The notes under the pieces are model-generated. The model was not told where the DNA came from. It saw only the letters and a program-made list of their open reading frames with translations, and did no database searches. DNA of 64,000 nt from the NCBI GenBank assembly GCA_009923445.1, contig RFTN01000004.1:66438-130437 (forward strand), read 5' to 3'. Shown in pieces: positions 31,284 through 40,341 of this stretch. A program made the position numbers and the translations under genes. Position 1 is the stretch's first letter, and every line of letters begins with the position of its first letter. Source of the DNA: a bacterium. GTDB lineage: Bacteria; Patescibacteriota; Saccharimonadia; Saccharimonadales; SZUA-47.

Positions 31284-31670
31284 ATGGCACGTATATCAGG
31301 AGTAACGATTCCAAACGATAAACAAGTACTGTTCGCATTACAGTACGTATATGGTGTTGGTCATAAATCAGCAGAAAATATTTTAACTGAGGCAAAAGTG
31401 GACGCGGTAGTACGTGTCAAGAACTTAACTGACGATGAAATATCTAGAATTCAAGAAGTAATAAACAATAAACTTACCGTAGAAGGTGAGTTGCACCGAG
31501 TAGTAACAGGTAACATCAAGCGTCTAAAGGACATCAAAAGTTACCGAGGCACCAGACACAGTAGTAATTTACCTAGTCGCGGTCAACGAACTCGAACAAA
31601 CGCGCGTACAAGGCGTGGTAAAAAAGTAACCGTAGGTGGAACAGCTAAAAAAGCTGTTTCTAAGACGTAG
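31284..31670 (+). CDS. rpsM: 30S ribosomal protein uS13
   Basis: MARISGVTIPNDKQV...YRGTRH. Confidence 0.96.
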   Translation: MARISGVTIPNDKQVLFALQYVYGVGHKSAENILTEAKVDAVVRVKNLTDDEISRIQEVINNKLTVEGELHRVVTGNIKRLKDIKSYRGTRHSSNLPSRGQRTRTNARTRRGKKVTVGGTAKKAVSKT

Positions 31671-31684
31671 GAAGAACTAACTTG

Positions 31685-32131
31685 ATGAGTACAAATACAC
31701 CAGAATTAGTCAAAGAAACTCCTACAGTAGCAGAACCAGTTGTTGCAAAGGCACCAACGCGTAGTAAAAAAGTTAAACGCGCTGTTACGTATGGACAGTT
31801 ACATATACAGGCAACATTTAATAACACTATTGTCACATTTAGCGATCGAAATGGCGCTGTACTATCAGCATCTAGTGCTGGTGCATGCGGTTTTCGTGGT
31901 AGTAAAAAAGGTACGGCTTACGCAGCTCAAGTAGCAGCTGAAAAAGCCGGCACAACTGCTAAGCAGCAGTACGGCATAGTTAAAGTTGACGTGTTTATTA
32001 ATGGAGTAGGTCAAGGCCGTGAAGCCGCTATCCGCTCATTAATGGGGCTAGACATAGCAGTAGAATCTATCAAAGATACTACAGGCATACCGCACGGCGG
32101 CTGTCGTCCTAAAAAAGCAAGGAGGGTCTAG
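31685..32131 (+). CDS. rpsK: 30S ribosomal protein uS11 (with N-terminal extension)
   Basis: GQLHIQATFNNTIVTFSD...GFRGSKKGT...PHGGCRPKKARR. Confidence 0.95.
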   Translation: MSTNTPELVKETPTVAEPVVAKAPTRSKKVKRAVTYGQLHIQATFNNTIVTFSDRNGAVLSASSAGACGFRGSKKGTAYAAQVAAEKAGTTAKQQYGIVKVDVFINGVGQGREAAIRSLMGLDIAVESIKDTTGIPHGGCRPKKARRV

Positions 32132-32133
32132 TA

Positions 32134-32751
32134 ATGGCACGCAATACAGGCTCAATTGTTAAAATGTCTCGCCGCGAAGGCTATGCACTTCACCCAAAAG
32201 CTCACAAGGCTTTAGTGAAGCGCAGTACACCGCCAGGACCGCACGGAGCAAGCCGACGCATGGGCAAGAGTAGTCAATATTCGCTTCAACTTCGCGAAAA
32301 GCAAAAAGTAAAGCGTTTATATGGCCTATTAGAAAAACAGTTTAGTAATTTAATGAAAGAAGCTACAAAAGCTTCGGGTCAGTCGGGCGAAACGCTATTG
32401 AGATTATTAGAGCAAAGAGCAGATAATGTTGTGTATCGATCTGGTTTGGCTCCAAGCCGTCGAGCAGCACGTCAGCTTGTTACTCATGGACATTTTCTTC
32501 TTAACGGTAGACGAATAGATATTCCATCACTCAGAGTTTCTATAGGTGATGTTTTTACAGTACGCGACCACAGTAAGCAGAGTGAATACTTTAAAAAGCT
32601 AGACGAAACTAGTCCCGCAACAGGAGACGTGCAAAGTTGGCTTAAGGTTGATCGTAAAAAATTGAGCATAACGATATCAGCTCTACCTGAACGTGAACAC
32701 GCTGAAGTAGATATTAATGAACAACTAATTGTTGAGTATTACTCACGCTAA
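32134..32751 (+). CDS. rpsD: 30S ribosomal protein uS4
   Basis: YSLQLREKQKVKRLYG and an S4 RNA-binding domain. Confidence 0.96.
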   Translation: MARNTGSIVKMSRREGYALHPKAHKALVKRSTPPGPHGASRRMGKSSQYSLQLREKQKVKRLYGLLEKQFSNLMKEATKASGQSGETLLRLLEQRADNVVYRSGLAPSRRAARQLVTHGHFLLNGRRIDIPSLRVSIGDVFTVRDHSKQSEYFKKLDETSPATGDVQSWLKVDRKKLSITISALPEREHAEVDINEQLIVEYYSR

Positions 32752-32764
32752 GGAGAACAAACGG

Positions 32765-33712
32765 ATGTCAAATATAATCCACACACCAATGTTATCGGGT
32801 GTTACAGATCACAGCACTACAAGTGCGACATTTGTAATTGAACCACTTCACTCAGGGTATGGCATGACACTTGGTAATAGTCTACGTCGAGTATTACTAT
32901 CTAGTATTGCTGGCGCTGCAATTACTTCTTTCCGCATAGACGGTGTAAGCCACGAGTTTACAACTGCAGAAGGTATTAAAGAAGACGTTGTAGAAATCAT
33001 GCAGAATCTTAAAGGAATACGTTTTCGTGTTTTTAGCGACGAGCCACAAACATTACGTATTACTAAAAAAGGTAAAGGCGCCATTACAGCAAAAGATATT
33101 TCTACTAACGCAGACGTTGAAGTTGTAAATCAAGATCATGTTATTGCGCATATAGATAACGATAAAGTATCGATTATCATCGACATTATTGTTGAAAAGG
33201 GTCGTGGCTATCGAACCATTGACGATGCTGCAAATAAGCGAAGTAGTGACATGATTGCACTCGATGCAATATTTAGTCCCGTATTACGAGTACGATATAA
33301 AGTAGAAAACACTCGCGTAGGTCAAATGACAGATCTAGACAAGCTTCTTCTTACAATTGATACTGACGGAAGTATCACATCAAGAGATGCATTTGAAGAA
33401 GCGGCAGCTATTTTGGTAAATCAGTACACGGCGCTAGCTGGCCAAACGCGTGTTGAAGTTGGTGCACCACTCAGTGCCGGTAAAGCTGAAGCAGCAGTTA
33501 CGGCAGAATCAGTAGACGAACCTTCAATGCTAGATACATCTATTGAAGATTTAAACCTAAGCGCACGCACAACAAACGCGCTTATTAATAACGATATTCA
33601 TACATTAAAAGATCTTTTCAGTCTAAGTGACGCAGAGCTTCGCGACCTTAAAGGTTTCGGAAGTAAGGCACTTGACGAAGTAAAAGAGAAGATGGCAGAG
33701 TTGGAGCTTTAG
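32765..33712 (+). CDS. rpoA: DNA-directed RNA polymerase subunit alpha
   Basis: GMTLGNSLRRVLLSSI N-terminal domain and a C-terminal domain with LNLSARTTNAL. ATG 32765 follows AAGGAG. Confidence 0.95.
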   Translation: MSNIIHTPMLSGVTDHSTTSATFVIEPLHSGYGMTLGNSLRRVLLSSIAGAAITSFRIDGVSHEFTTAEGIKEDVVEIMQNLKGIRFRVFSDEPQTLRITKKGKGAITAKDISTNADVEVVNQDHVIAHIDNDKVSIIIDIIVEKGRGYRTIDDAANKRSSDMIALDAIFSPVLRVRYKVENTRVGQMTDLDKLLLTIDTDGSITSRDAFEEAAAILVNQYTALAGQTRVEVGAPLSAGKAEAAVTAESVDEPSMLDTSIEDLNLSARTTNALINNDIHTLKDLFSLSDAELRDLKGFGSKALDEVKEKMAELEL

Positions 33713-33715
33713 TAT

Positions 33716-34144
33716 ATGCACCGACATGGATATCAAGGTAGAAAGTTCGGTCGCGAGCGCGATCAGCGGGAAGCATTGCTAGCAAGCCTTGCCGAAAGCT
33801 TGATTTTGCACGAGTCAATCGAAACGACACTACCGAAGGCAAAAGAAATCGTGCCTTACGTAGAACGTCTTATTACAAAGGCAAAAAAGGGTGATTTACA
33901 TAATCGTCGCTCTGTAATTGCACAATTACAAACACTAGAAGCAGCTCATAAATTGGTTGACGACATAGCGCCTAAACTTGGTTCACGCAGTAGTGGACAT
34001 TTACGAATCGAGCGTACTACTATGCGCCGTGGTGACAATGCTCAACTAGCACGTGTTAGTTTTGTAGATAGCTTAAAAGATGCTCCTAAAGTCGCTAAAC
34101 CTGCAGAAAAAGCAGTTGATTTACCTGCAAAGGAGAAAAAATAA
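33716..34144 (+). CDS. rplQ: 50S ribosomal protein bL17
   Basis: MHRHGYQGRKFGRERDQREALL...ETTLPKAKE. Confidence 0.95.
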   Translation: MHRHGYQGRKFGRERDQREALLASLAESLILHESIETTLPKAKEIVPYVERLITKAKKGDLHNRRSVIAQLQTLEAAHKLVDDIAPKLGSRSSGHLRIERTTMRRGDNAQLARVSFVDSLKDAPKVAKPAEKAVDLPAKEKK

Positions 34145-34587
34145 TGAAGACATACTCAGCAAAACCATCTGAAGTCGTACGAAAATGGTACGTTATAGAT
34201 GCGTCACAGGCACCACTAGGCCGCGTAGCCACACAAATCGCAACTTTACTTACCGGTAAGGGTAAGCCAATGTTCACTCATCATATAGACTGCGGTGACT
34301 TTGTTGTCGTTATCAATGCAGCAAGCGTTGTTGTAACTGGTGATAAAATGAAGGATAAAATGTACTATAGCTATTCTGGATTCCCTGGTGGCTTGCGCGA
34401 ACGCACAATGACCGAGCAAATGCAAAAAGATCCACTACTTGTTATCGAAAAGTCAGTTAAGGGCATGTTGCCAGTTAACAAGCTGCGACCAGCACGTCTT
34501 GCGCGTCTTAAGATATATGCAGGTGCCGATCACAACCACGAGGCTCAAAAGCCTGAATTGCTTGATCTTAAGAAAGGAGCAAAATAA
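34144..34587 (+). CDS. rplM: 50S ribosomal protein uL13
   Basis: RKWYVIDASQAPLGRVATQIATLLTGKGKP. Confidence 0.96.
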   Translation: MKTYSAKPSEVVRKWYVIDASQAPLGRVATQIATLLTGKGKPMFTHHIDCGDFVVVINAASVVVTGDKMKDKMYYSYSGFPGGLRERTMTEQMQKDPLLVIEKSVKGMLPVNKLRPARLARLKIYAGADHNHEAQKPELLDLKKGAK

Positions 34588-34589
34588 CC

Positions 34590-34985
34590 ATGGCTGAAAA
34601 AAGTTATTTCTACGGTCTTGGTCGTCGCAAAAGTGCAACTGCACGTGTCCGCGTAATGAATGGTAAGGGTAGCATTACTATTAATGGTAAAAGCGCTGAA
34701 ACCTATTTTGCTGACGCTCAGATGTTACTAAAAGAGCTACGTAAACCTTTTGAAGTTATCGAAAACGATAAATACGATGTTACAGTTGTTGTTTCTGGCG
34801 GTGGTCACGCTGGCCAGGTTGACGCAATTCGCCTAGGTATATCAAAAGGCCTAGTAGCTATGAACGAAGACCTTAAAAGTACACTTAAACGAGCTGACCT
34901 TCTTGGTCGCGATCCTCGCGAAAAAGAACGAAAGAAGTTTGGTCTTAAGGGTGCTCGTAAACAGCGCCAGTTTACAAAGCGCTAG
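34590..34985 (+). CDS. rpsI: 30S ribosomal protein uS9
   Basis: GLGRRKSATARV...GGGHAGQVDAIRLGISKGL...KQRQFTKR. Confidence 0.96.
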   Translation: MAEKSYFYGLGRRKSATARVRVMNGKGSITINGKSAETYFADAQMLLKELRKPFEVIENDKYDVTVVVSGGGHAGQVDAIRLGISKGLVAMNEDLKSTLKRADLLGRDPREKERKKFGLKGARKQRQFTKR

Positions 34986-35006
34986 TTGAAAAAAACTACT
35001 TCATAT

Positions 35007-35044
35007 ACTCCTTCAGCACTTAGCTGGGGGAGTTTTTGTTTTAA
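35007..35044 (+). terminator. rho-independent terminator after rpsI
   Basis: ACTCC..CAGC-ACTTA-GCTG..GGAGT compound hairpin followed by TTTTGTTTT. Confidence 0.7.
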
Positions 35045-35093
35045 GATGAGTTGTGCTAACGAACACGCGTAAAATGACGTATACTATACTCAT

Positions 35094-36119
35094 ATGGGTA
35101 AACCAGTCATTTTAACAGGATTACGCACTAACGCTGAGTATCACTTAGGTAATTACTTAGGTGGCATATTGCCAATGGTACGCATGCAGCAAGAACACGC
35201 CGGCGTCTACCAGGTAAACATGTTTGCTCCCGATCTGCACAGCTTCACGACAGAAGTTGATCATGACACTCTATACACCCAAACTATGAAGAACATAGCA
35301 GTGTTTGTGGCTGCGGGTATGCCAATAGATAGTCAAGACTTTTATTTGTACCGTCAAAGTTTTATACCAGCACACAGCGAACTTACAGTCATACTTAACA
35401 ACTTTGCTTACTTTGGCGAACTAAGTCGCATGACTCAATTTAAAGATAAAAGTGAGGGTAAATCTAACGTAACAGCGGGGCTATTTGACTACCCGGTACT
35501 AATGGCCGCAGACATATTACTATACGGAGCTAGCTATATTCCTGTTGGAGACGACCAAAAGCAGCATTTAGAACTAACGAGAGATTTAGCAATACGCCTG
35601 AATAATAAGTTTGGTGATATCTTTATCGTACCTAAAGACTGGAAGCATCAGCTACAGTTTAGTAAGAGGCTTGAAGGTGCACGTATTCGCAGCCTTCGTA
35701 ACCCATCTCAAAAAATGAGCAAAAGTGTTAGCGATCCAACTGGCACAATTTTGCTAACCGATACACCCGAAGCAGCTGCTAAAAAAGTTAAATCTGCCGA
35801 GACCGACAGTGTAGGCAAAATTAATTGGGATTGGAACAATCAGCCGGGTATTACAAATTTACTTCAAATCTATGAATTATTAACCAGTAATTCACACAAA
35901 GAAGTGTTGGCTGAATGGACGGGTAGGGAACTATATGGTGACTTAAAAGTAGCAGTAGCAGAACAGGTTAGCGCTTTTTTGTCAGAATTCCAATCTAACT
36001 TGTCAAAAGTTGACAAAAATTCGCTGCAGAAAAAATTGGAAGCATCAGAGTTAGAAATGGCAAATCAGGCTAATATAACACTAGCTAAAGTACAAAAAGC
36101 AGTAGGCTTAAGGCCATAA
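35094..36119 (+). CDS. trpS: tryptophan--tRNA ligase
   Basis: Class I signatures YHLGNYLG (HIGH-type) and KMSKS. The 341-aa size and overall pattern fit TrpRS rather than TyrRS. Confidence 0.88.
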   Translation: MGKPVILTGLRTNAEYHLGNYLGGILPMVRMQQEHAGVYQVNMFAPDLHSFTTEVDHDTLYTQTMKNIAVFVAAGMPIDSQDFYLYRQSFIPAHSELTVILNNFAYFGELSRMTQFKDKSEGKSNVTAGLFDYPVLMAADILLYGASYIPVGDDQKQHLELTRDLAIRLNNKFGDIFIVPKDWKHQLQFSKRLEGARIRSLRNPSQKMSKSVSDPTGTILLTDTPEAAAKKVKSAETDSVGKINWDWNNQPGITNLLQIYELLTSNSHKEVLAEWTGRELYGDLKVAVAEQVSAFLSEFQSNLSKVDKNSLQKKLEASELEMANQANITLAKVQKAVGLRP

Positions 36120-36123
36120 AACC

Positions 36124-36987
36124 ATGAATATGGTTATCGATGAATCTACCGCTAAAAAGCGTGCAGACGTACTGCTCGCTAACCACTACACCCAATATAG
36201 CCGCGCAGCATTAGGCAAGCTTTTTGAAATGGATTGTATAAAATTAGACGGCCAACCAATCAGACGCGGCGACAAGCCCAAACTGGGGCAGGTTATGACT
36301 GCCGATATTTCGCCAATTCAGCAAGAACCAGATGTCGTAGATCTCCCGGTACTATACGAAGACGGTGACGTGATAGTTATTGACAAACCCGCAGGCATCA
36401 TAAGCCATAGCCGCGGTCGTTATTGGCAAGAGGCGTCTGTTGCAAGTTTTATTCGTGACAAAACAAAAGATATGAAGGGTGATCGGGCAGGGATAGTACA
36501 CCGTCTAGACCGCGCTACTAGCGGCGTCATGATAGCTGCTAAAACAGAAGCGGCACAGGCTTATTTGCAGAAGCAATTTGCGGAACGTTCTGTGCAAAAA
36601 CAATATATTGCGTTAGTAGCAGGCACTCCAGCGCAAGTTACAGCTCGCATAGAAGCACCCCTCTTGCGTAACCCGAGCAATCCAAAACAATTTATGGTCG
36701 ACGTAACCGGCAAAAACGCAATCACGACATATCGGGTAGAGCAGTCTGTAGGTGGTATAAGTAAAGTTATCCTAACTCCACTAACTGGCCGCACACACCA
36801 ATTGCGTGTACATATGCAATATATTAAGCATCCTATACTGGGAGACGACCTATACAGCCTACAAAGCCACAAAGAATCACGTCTTTACCTTCATGCATAC
36901 AGCTTGACCATAAACATACCAAGCGGTGAACTAAAAACATTTATTGCACCGCTTCCCAAAGAATTTTTAGCACGTTTAAAAATTTAA
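36124..36987 (+). CDS. RluA-family 23S rRNA pseudouridine synthase (RluD-like, with N-terminal S4 domain)
   Basis: HRLDRATSGVMIAAK catalytic motif and TGRTHQLRVH. Confidence 0.88.
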   Translation: MNMVIDESTAKKRADVLLANHYTQYSRAALGKLFEMDCIKLDGQPIRRGDKPKLGQVMTADISPIQQEPDVVDLPVLYEDGDVIVIDKPAGIISHSRGRYWQEASVASFIRDKTKDMKGDRAGIVHRLDRATSGVMIAAKTEAAQAYLQKQFAERSVQKQYIALVAGTPAQVTARIEAPLLRNPSNPKQFMVDVTGKNAITTYRVEQSVGGISKVILTPLTGRTHQLRVHMQYIKHPILGDDLYSLQSHKESRLYLHAYSLTINIPSGELKTFIAPLPKEFLARLKI

Positions 36988-36990
36988 ATT

Positions 36991-37809
36991 ATGATCGTAA
37001 ACGCAAAAACTACTAAATTGCTACACCAATTTATAGCCCAACCGTCACACGCCCTTTTGCTTGTAGGCACACCCCAGTCTGGAGTTAACGAATTAGTTTT
37101 AGAAGTAGCTACTAGGTTGCACGACGCATTTGGTTCGGTGCATAGGCAATTGCTACCAGATGGCACATCTATATCTATAGAAGCAATAAGAGCGTTGCGA
37201 TCCGAGGAACGTCTAAAAACTTCAGCAACACACACGTCGATAGCATCTATTGTGAGTATTATGCCTATAGATGCAATGCAGCATGAAGCTCAAAACGCCC
37301 TGCTAAAACTACTCGAAGAACCACCAAAGGGCACGTTATTTATTTTAGTATGCTATGACGAGTCCAATATGCTGCCGACTATTAGTTCGCGCTGTAAAAG
37401 AGTCGATGTGCTACCCGTTTCATTAGAACAAGTGTCACTTGTATATGGGACGCAAAAAAATATACTACAAGCCTATTATATGAGTGGTGGCGAGGCTCTG
37501 TTGTTAGACGCATTAATTACCAACCAACAACATCCGATGCTCGAATCAATTACCCATGCCAAGACTATTTTAGCAGCACCGCTGGCAGACAAATTGCAGG
37601 CTGTTGAACAACTTGTTAAAGAACGAAAAGTAGATCAATGTCTCGATGCCTTGTCGCGCATATGCCGTGCTGCGCTACACGTATCAACGGGCAGTAAACA
37701 ACAAACCTGGGCACATAATTTAAAACAAATTCACTTAGCCACTACATACATTCAAGCTCACGTACAACCAAAGCTTGTGCTAACCAACCTATTCTCTAGC
37801 TTCGAGTAA
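36991..37809 (+). CDS. holB: DNA polymerase III delta'-like clamp-loader subunit
   Basis: NALLKLLEEPP motif and SRC motif (TISSRCKRV), with a degenerate P-loop. Confidence 0.75.
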   Translation: MIVNAKTTKLLHQFIAQPSHALLLVGTPQSGVNELVLEVATRLHDAFGSVHRQLLPDGTSISIEAIRALRSEERLKTSATHTSIASIVSIMPIDAMQHEAQNALLKLLEEPPKGTLFILVCYDESNMLPTISSRCKRVDVLPVSLEQVSLVYGTQKNILQAYYMSGGEALLLDALITNQQHPMLESITHAKTILAAPLADKLQAVEQLVKERKVDQCLDALSRICRAALHVSTGSKQQTWAHNLKQIHLATTYIQAHVQPKLVLTNLFSSFE

Positions 37810-37832
37810 GTATATGCTATACTAAGTATAAG

Positions 37833-38486
37833 ATGTTAAGTCTCATTATTGTGTGTATATGCGCGCTATTAGCTATAACAAGCAGTAAGTTTCGTGATAC
37901 AGAACTATCGCCAATTCCGCTTAAAATTAGCGATCAACTCAGTAAATTATGGGATATTGCCCACCAGGGAATGCGCGAAAACCGTTTGTTGCGGGCCGAA
38001 AAGGCACTATTAACCATACTTAAAATGGATGAAAAAAATGCAGCCGCCTATAATCGTTTAGGTATTTTGTATGCTAAACAAAAAGAGTATAAAGACGCTA
38101 TAGACTGTTTTGAGATAGCTAGTAGTATCGAGCCTACGGCATCAAGTTTACACAACCTAGGTCTTATATATCTAGAAACAGAAAATTATAATAAAGCTGC
38201 AGTTGCTTTTGAACAAGCTCTAAAACTCGAAGATACTCTAGCCGCACGGCACATTGCTTACGCAAAAGTACAAGAAAAACTTGGTAATGACAAGATTGTT
38301 ATTGCAGAGCTTGAAAAAGCAGCAGAAATCGAACCTAACAAAGAATCATTTATGTTACTACATAAAGCCTATGAATCTAGGGGCATGCAAGAAGATGCAG
38401 CATTAATTGCCAAACGCATTGAAACGCTTATAATGCCCGCAGGACAGCCAAAGCGTATAATGCGTCCAAAACGAGTGGTAGTGTAG
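37833..38486 (+). CDS. TPR-repeat protein with N-terminal membrane anchor
   Basis: N-terminal hydrophobic helix, then repeated TPR-like A..YN.LG..Y......A...F..A units. Confidence 0.7.
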   Translation: MLSLIIVCICALLAITSSKFRDTELSPIPLKISDQLSKLWDIAHQGMRENRLLRAEKALLTILKMDEKNAAAYNRLGILYAKQKEYKDAIDCFEIASSIEPTASSLHNLGLIYLETENYNKAAVAFEQALKLEDTLAARHIAYAKVQEKLGNDKIVIAELEKAAEIEPNKESFMLLHKAYESRGMQEDAALIAKRIETLIMPAGQPKRIMRPKRVVV

Positions 38487-38550
38487 CTTAACCGGTTGCC
38501 CTAAGCTCTATTTTCTGCTAAAATTCTAATCTGTTACACTAGTAGCAAGT

Positions 38551-38626
38551 GCCGACATAGCTCAGTGGCCAGAGCGGCTGTTTTGTAAACAGCGGGTCGT
38601 GGGTTCAAATCCCTCTGTCGGCTCCA
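38551..38626 (+). tRNA. tRNA-Thr (anticodon TGT), CCA encoded
   Basis: Hand-folded cloverleaf: acceptor GCCGACA/TGTCGGC, anticodon arm GCTGT-TTTGTAA-ACAGC, T-loop TTCAAAT. There is one T-T mismatch in the T-stem. Confidence 0.85.
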
Positions 38627-38652
38627 TTTTTATATACATTATTGAGTAACTT

Positions 38653-38738
38653 GCAGAGTTAGTGAAGCGGTCAAACACAAGAGACTGTAAATCTCTCGGC
38701 TTATGCCTTCGTAGGTTCGAATCCTACACTCTGCACCA
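38653..38738 (+). tRNA. tRNA-Tyr (anticodon GTA), long variable arm, CCA encoded
   Basis: Acceptor GCAGAGT/ACTCTGC, anticodon arm AGAGA-CTGTAAA-TCTCT, 14-nt variable arm, T-arm GTAGG-TTCGAAT-CCTAC. Confidence 0.92.
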
Positions 38739-38890
38739 AAATGAATAGTTCCATTTATGGGACTTTTTTATTTTGGTATAAACTGGTAGGATTCGAACCG
38801 ATAGGCGAAGTATGCTTGCAACATACTGAGTTTTCCTTGCTTGGCCGACCGAGCGTGCCTTCGGGCACGTTGTCGAGGGAGCTAGAATGG

Positions 38891-38913
38891 CGAATCCTAC
38901 ACTCTGCACCAAA
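38891..38913 (+). repeat. 23-bp direct repeat of the tRNA-Tyr 3' end (att-like scar)
   Basis: CGAATCCTACACTCTGCACCAAA at 38891-38913 is identical to 38718-38740, which is the T-arm 3' half, acceptor 3' strand, CCA and 2 further nt of tRNA-Tyr. Confidence 0.8.
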
Positions 38914-38993
38914 TTGTTTATTTGCATAAATAAATTATAGTGTGTCAATCTGATGTCATTGACATCACCTAACCCAATTGCTACAATACATTT

Positions 38994-39263
38994 ATGAAAA
39001 CTACTCAAATAACCGTAAGAAATGTTGATCCCGCATTAAAGCAGCGGATTGATAAGCTCGCTAAGCTAAAGGCAATGAGCATTAATGACCTTGTACTTGA
39101 AGCACTGCGCACAAAAGTTGGTAGTAGTCCCTCTGACAACCCGATAAGCTGGGATCGATACAGTGGTATTATGGATAAATCAGCTATAAACCAGGGCGTA
39201 TTAGATGATTTTGGAGTAATCGATCCAAGAATGTGGAAAATATCGCCGGATGATCGCAGTTGA
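38994..39263 (+). CDS. antitoxin, ribbon-helix-helix/VapB-like
   Basis: N-terminus MKTTQITVRNVDPALKQRIDKLAKLKAMSINDLVLEAL has an RHH-type pattern. It overlaps the downstream PIN gene by 14 nt. Confidence 0.7.
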   Translation: MKTTQITVRNVDPALKQRIDKLAKLKAMSINDLVLEALRTKVGSSPSDNPISWDRYSGIMDKSAINQGVLDDFGVIDPRMWKISPDDRS

Positions 39264-39630
39264 TACAAACATAATAAGCGCTATGTTGCGTGGCGAAGAC
39301 TGCGTATTACCAAACGATGAACTCTATATACCCTATGTCGTGCTTGCAGAATTAATGGCAGGCGTATCTGCTGGAAATAATCCAAGAAAAAATAAACCTT
39401 TACTCGATAGCTTTTTGCATGATACAAATGTCACGACAAGCCCTGGATTAACGCCAGAGTTACTGCCATTCTATACAGAAATATACGGTTACCTGAGAGC
39501 CAAAGGCACCCCAATTTCCCCAAATGATCTATGGATTGCCGCCGAATGTATGTATTTGTCTATGTCATTACTTACACGAGACAATGATTTCAAAAGTGTG
39601 CCACAAATTATACTAATTGAAAAAGATTAA
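39250..39630 (+). CDS. vapC: PIN-domain toxin, VapC-like ribonuclease
   Basis: IAVDTNII (first acidic residue) and a distal LTRDNDF motif. 126 aa, paired with the upstream antitoxin. Confidence 0.8.
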   Translation: MIAVDTNIISAMLRGEDCVLPNDELYIPYVVLAELMAGVSAGNNPRKNKPLLDSFLHDTNVTTSPGLTPELLPFYTEIYGYLRAKGTPISPNDLWIAAECMYLSMSLLTRDNDFKSVPQIILIEKD

Positions 39631-39940
39631 ACAATTAAAAGCTATGCTAGTCACTTAGGAGCATGGCTAGTTTTTTTTGGTCTCTTATCTTGCAACTATT
39701 CCGGGCGGATGATATGCATCAAATGCTAATGATGCAAAAACACTGGGTGGTTTTATGAATGAATGCTCTGGCGGCGTGATTAAATATGGATCTCAAGGTT
39801 ATCGATGTGACTTGTATGGCCCTTCAAAAAAAGCAAGTAAAGGCAAGAAATAAGGTTCTGACCTCAGTCATGATACTGCACTATTAAAGCCAACGTTGTG
39901 GGTTTTTTATAACAAGTATATCTGTTAAAATAATGTAGTT

Positions 39941-40015
39941 GCCCAGGTAGCTCAGTGGTAGAGCGCATCCATGGTAAGGATGAGGTCTCGAGTTCAATCC
40001 TCGATCTGGGCTCCA
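39941..40015 (+). tRNA. tRNA-Thr (anticodon GGT), CCA encoded
   Basis: Acceptor GCCCAGG/TCTGGGC, anticodon arm CATCC-ATGGTAA-GGATG, T-arm TCGAG-TTCAATC-CTCGA. Confidence 0.92.
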
Positions 40016-40023
40016 TTATTGTT

Positions 40024-40305
40024 ATGAATTCGTACGAAAAAGATATAGAAAAGTTGCAAACTATAAAACTTGAACGTCATAGATTAAGAAATAATGCTAT
40101 ACATAGCTTAGGTGCAGGAATACTGGTTTTATCTATCTATGTTCAAGAATATGATTTTCCGGTAGGCTTGTTTGGTATGGGGCTATTGGTATTTTCTGCA
40201 GCAAATCTAATTGAGCATGTAAATTCCGATAAAGTACAAACCGATACAATAAACAACATGGTAAGAGATTTTTCTGAAAGCATAGATACTTGGCAAACAG
40301 AGTAA
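40024..40305 (+). CDS. small membrane protein (93 aa, two hydrophobic helices)
   Basis: The track ORF start at 39955 overlaps the tRNA, so ATG 40024 (MNSYEKDIEKL) is used. It has two hydrophobic segments (GAGILVLSIYV, GLFGMGLLVFSAANLI). Confidence 0.45.
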   Translation: MNSYEKDIEKLQTIKLERHRLRNNAIHSLGAGILVLSIYVQEYDFPVGLFGMGLLVFSAANLIEHVNSDKVQTDTINNMVRDFSESIDTWQTE

Positions 40306-40341
40306 TATCTGCTATTATAATCACTAAAGGATTTATTTTTT

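Noticed and set aside
38783-38860. Minus-strand tRNA-Cys-like gene: anticodon arm GTATG-TTGCAAG-CATAC with GCA, and a GGTTCGAATCC T-loop.
   Set aside because: The T-stem (ATCGG versus CCTAC) and the acceptor stem do not pair in any register I tried. At best it is a tRNA pseudogene fragment.
38741-38913. tmRNA, or a permuted tmRNA, ending in the tRNA-like 3' end.
   Set aside because: The acceptor sequence is that of tRNA-Tyr, with no G3:U70 alanine identity pair. I found no matching 5' acceptor half, no resume codon and no tag ORF.
38724-39008. Track ORFs 38724-39008 (-) and 38741-38929 (+).
   Set aside because: They overlap the tRNA-Tyr 3' end, the repeat scar and each other. They have no SD and no recognisable protein features, so they are probably not coding.
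39755-39853. 32-codon ORF MNECSGGVIKYGSQGYRCDLYGPSKKASKGKK downstream of vapC.
   Set aside because: It is too short, with only a weak SD-like GGGTGG and no comparative support. It is mentioned only as a possibility.
39955-40023. N-terminal extension of the small membrane protein ORF (track start 39955).
   Set aside because: It would be translated through tRNA-Thr(GGT) at 39941-40015. The internal ATG at 40024 is used instead.
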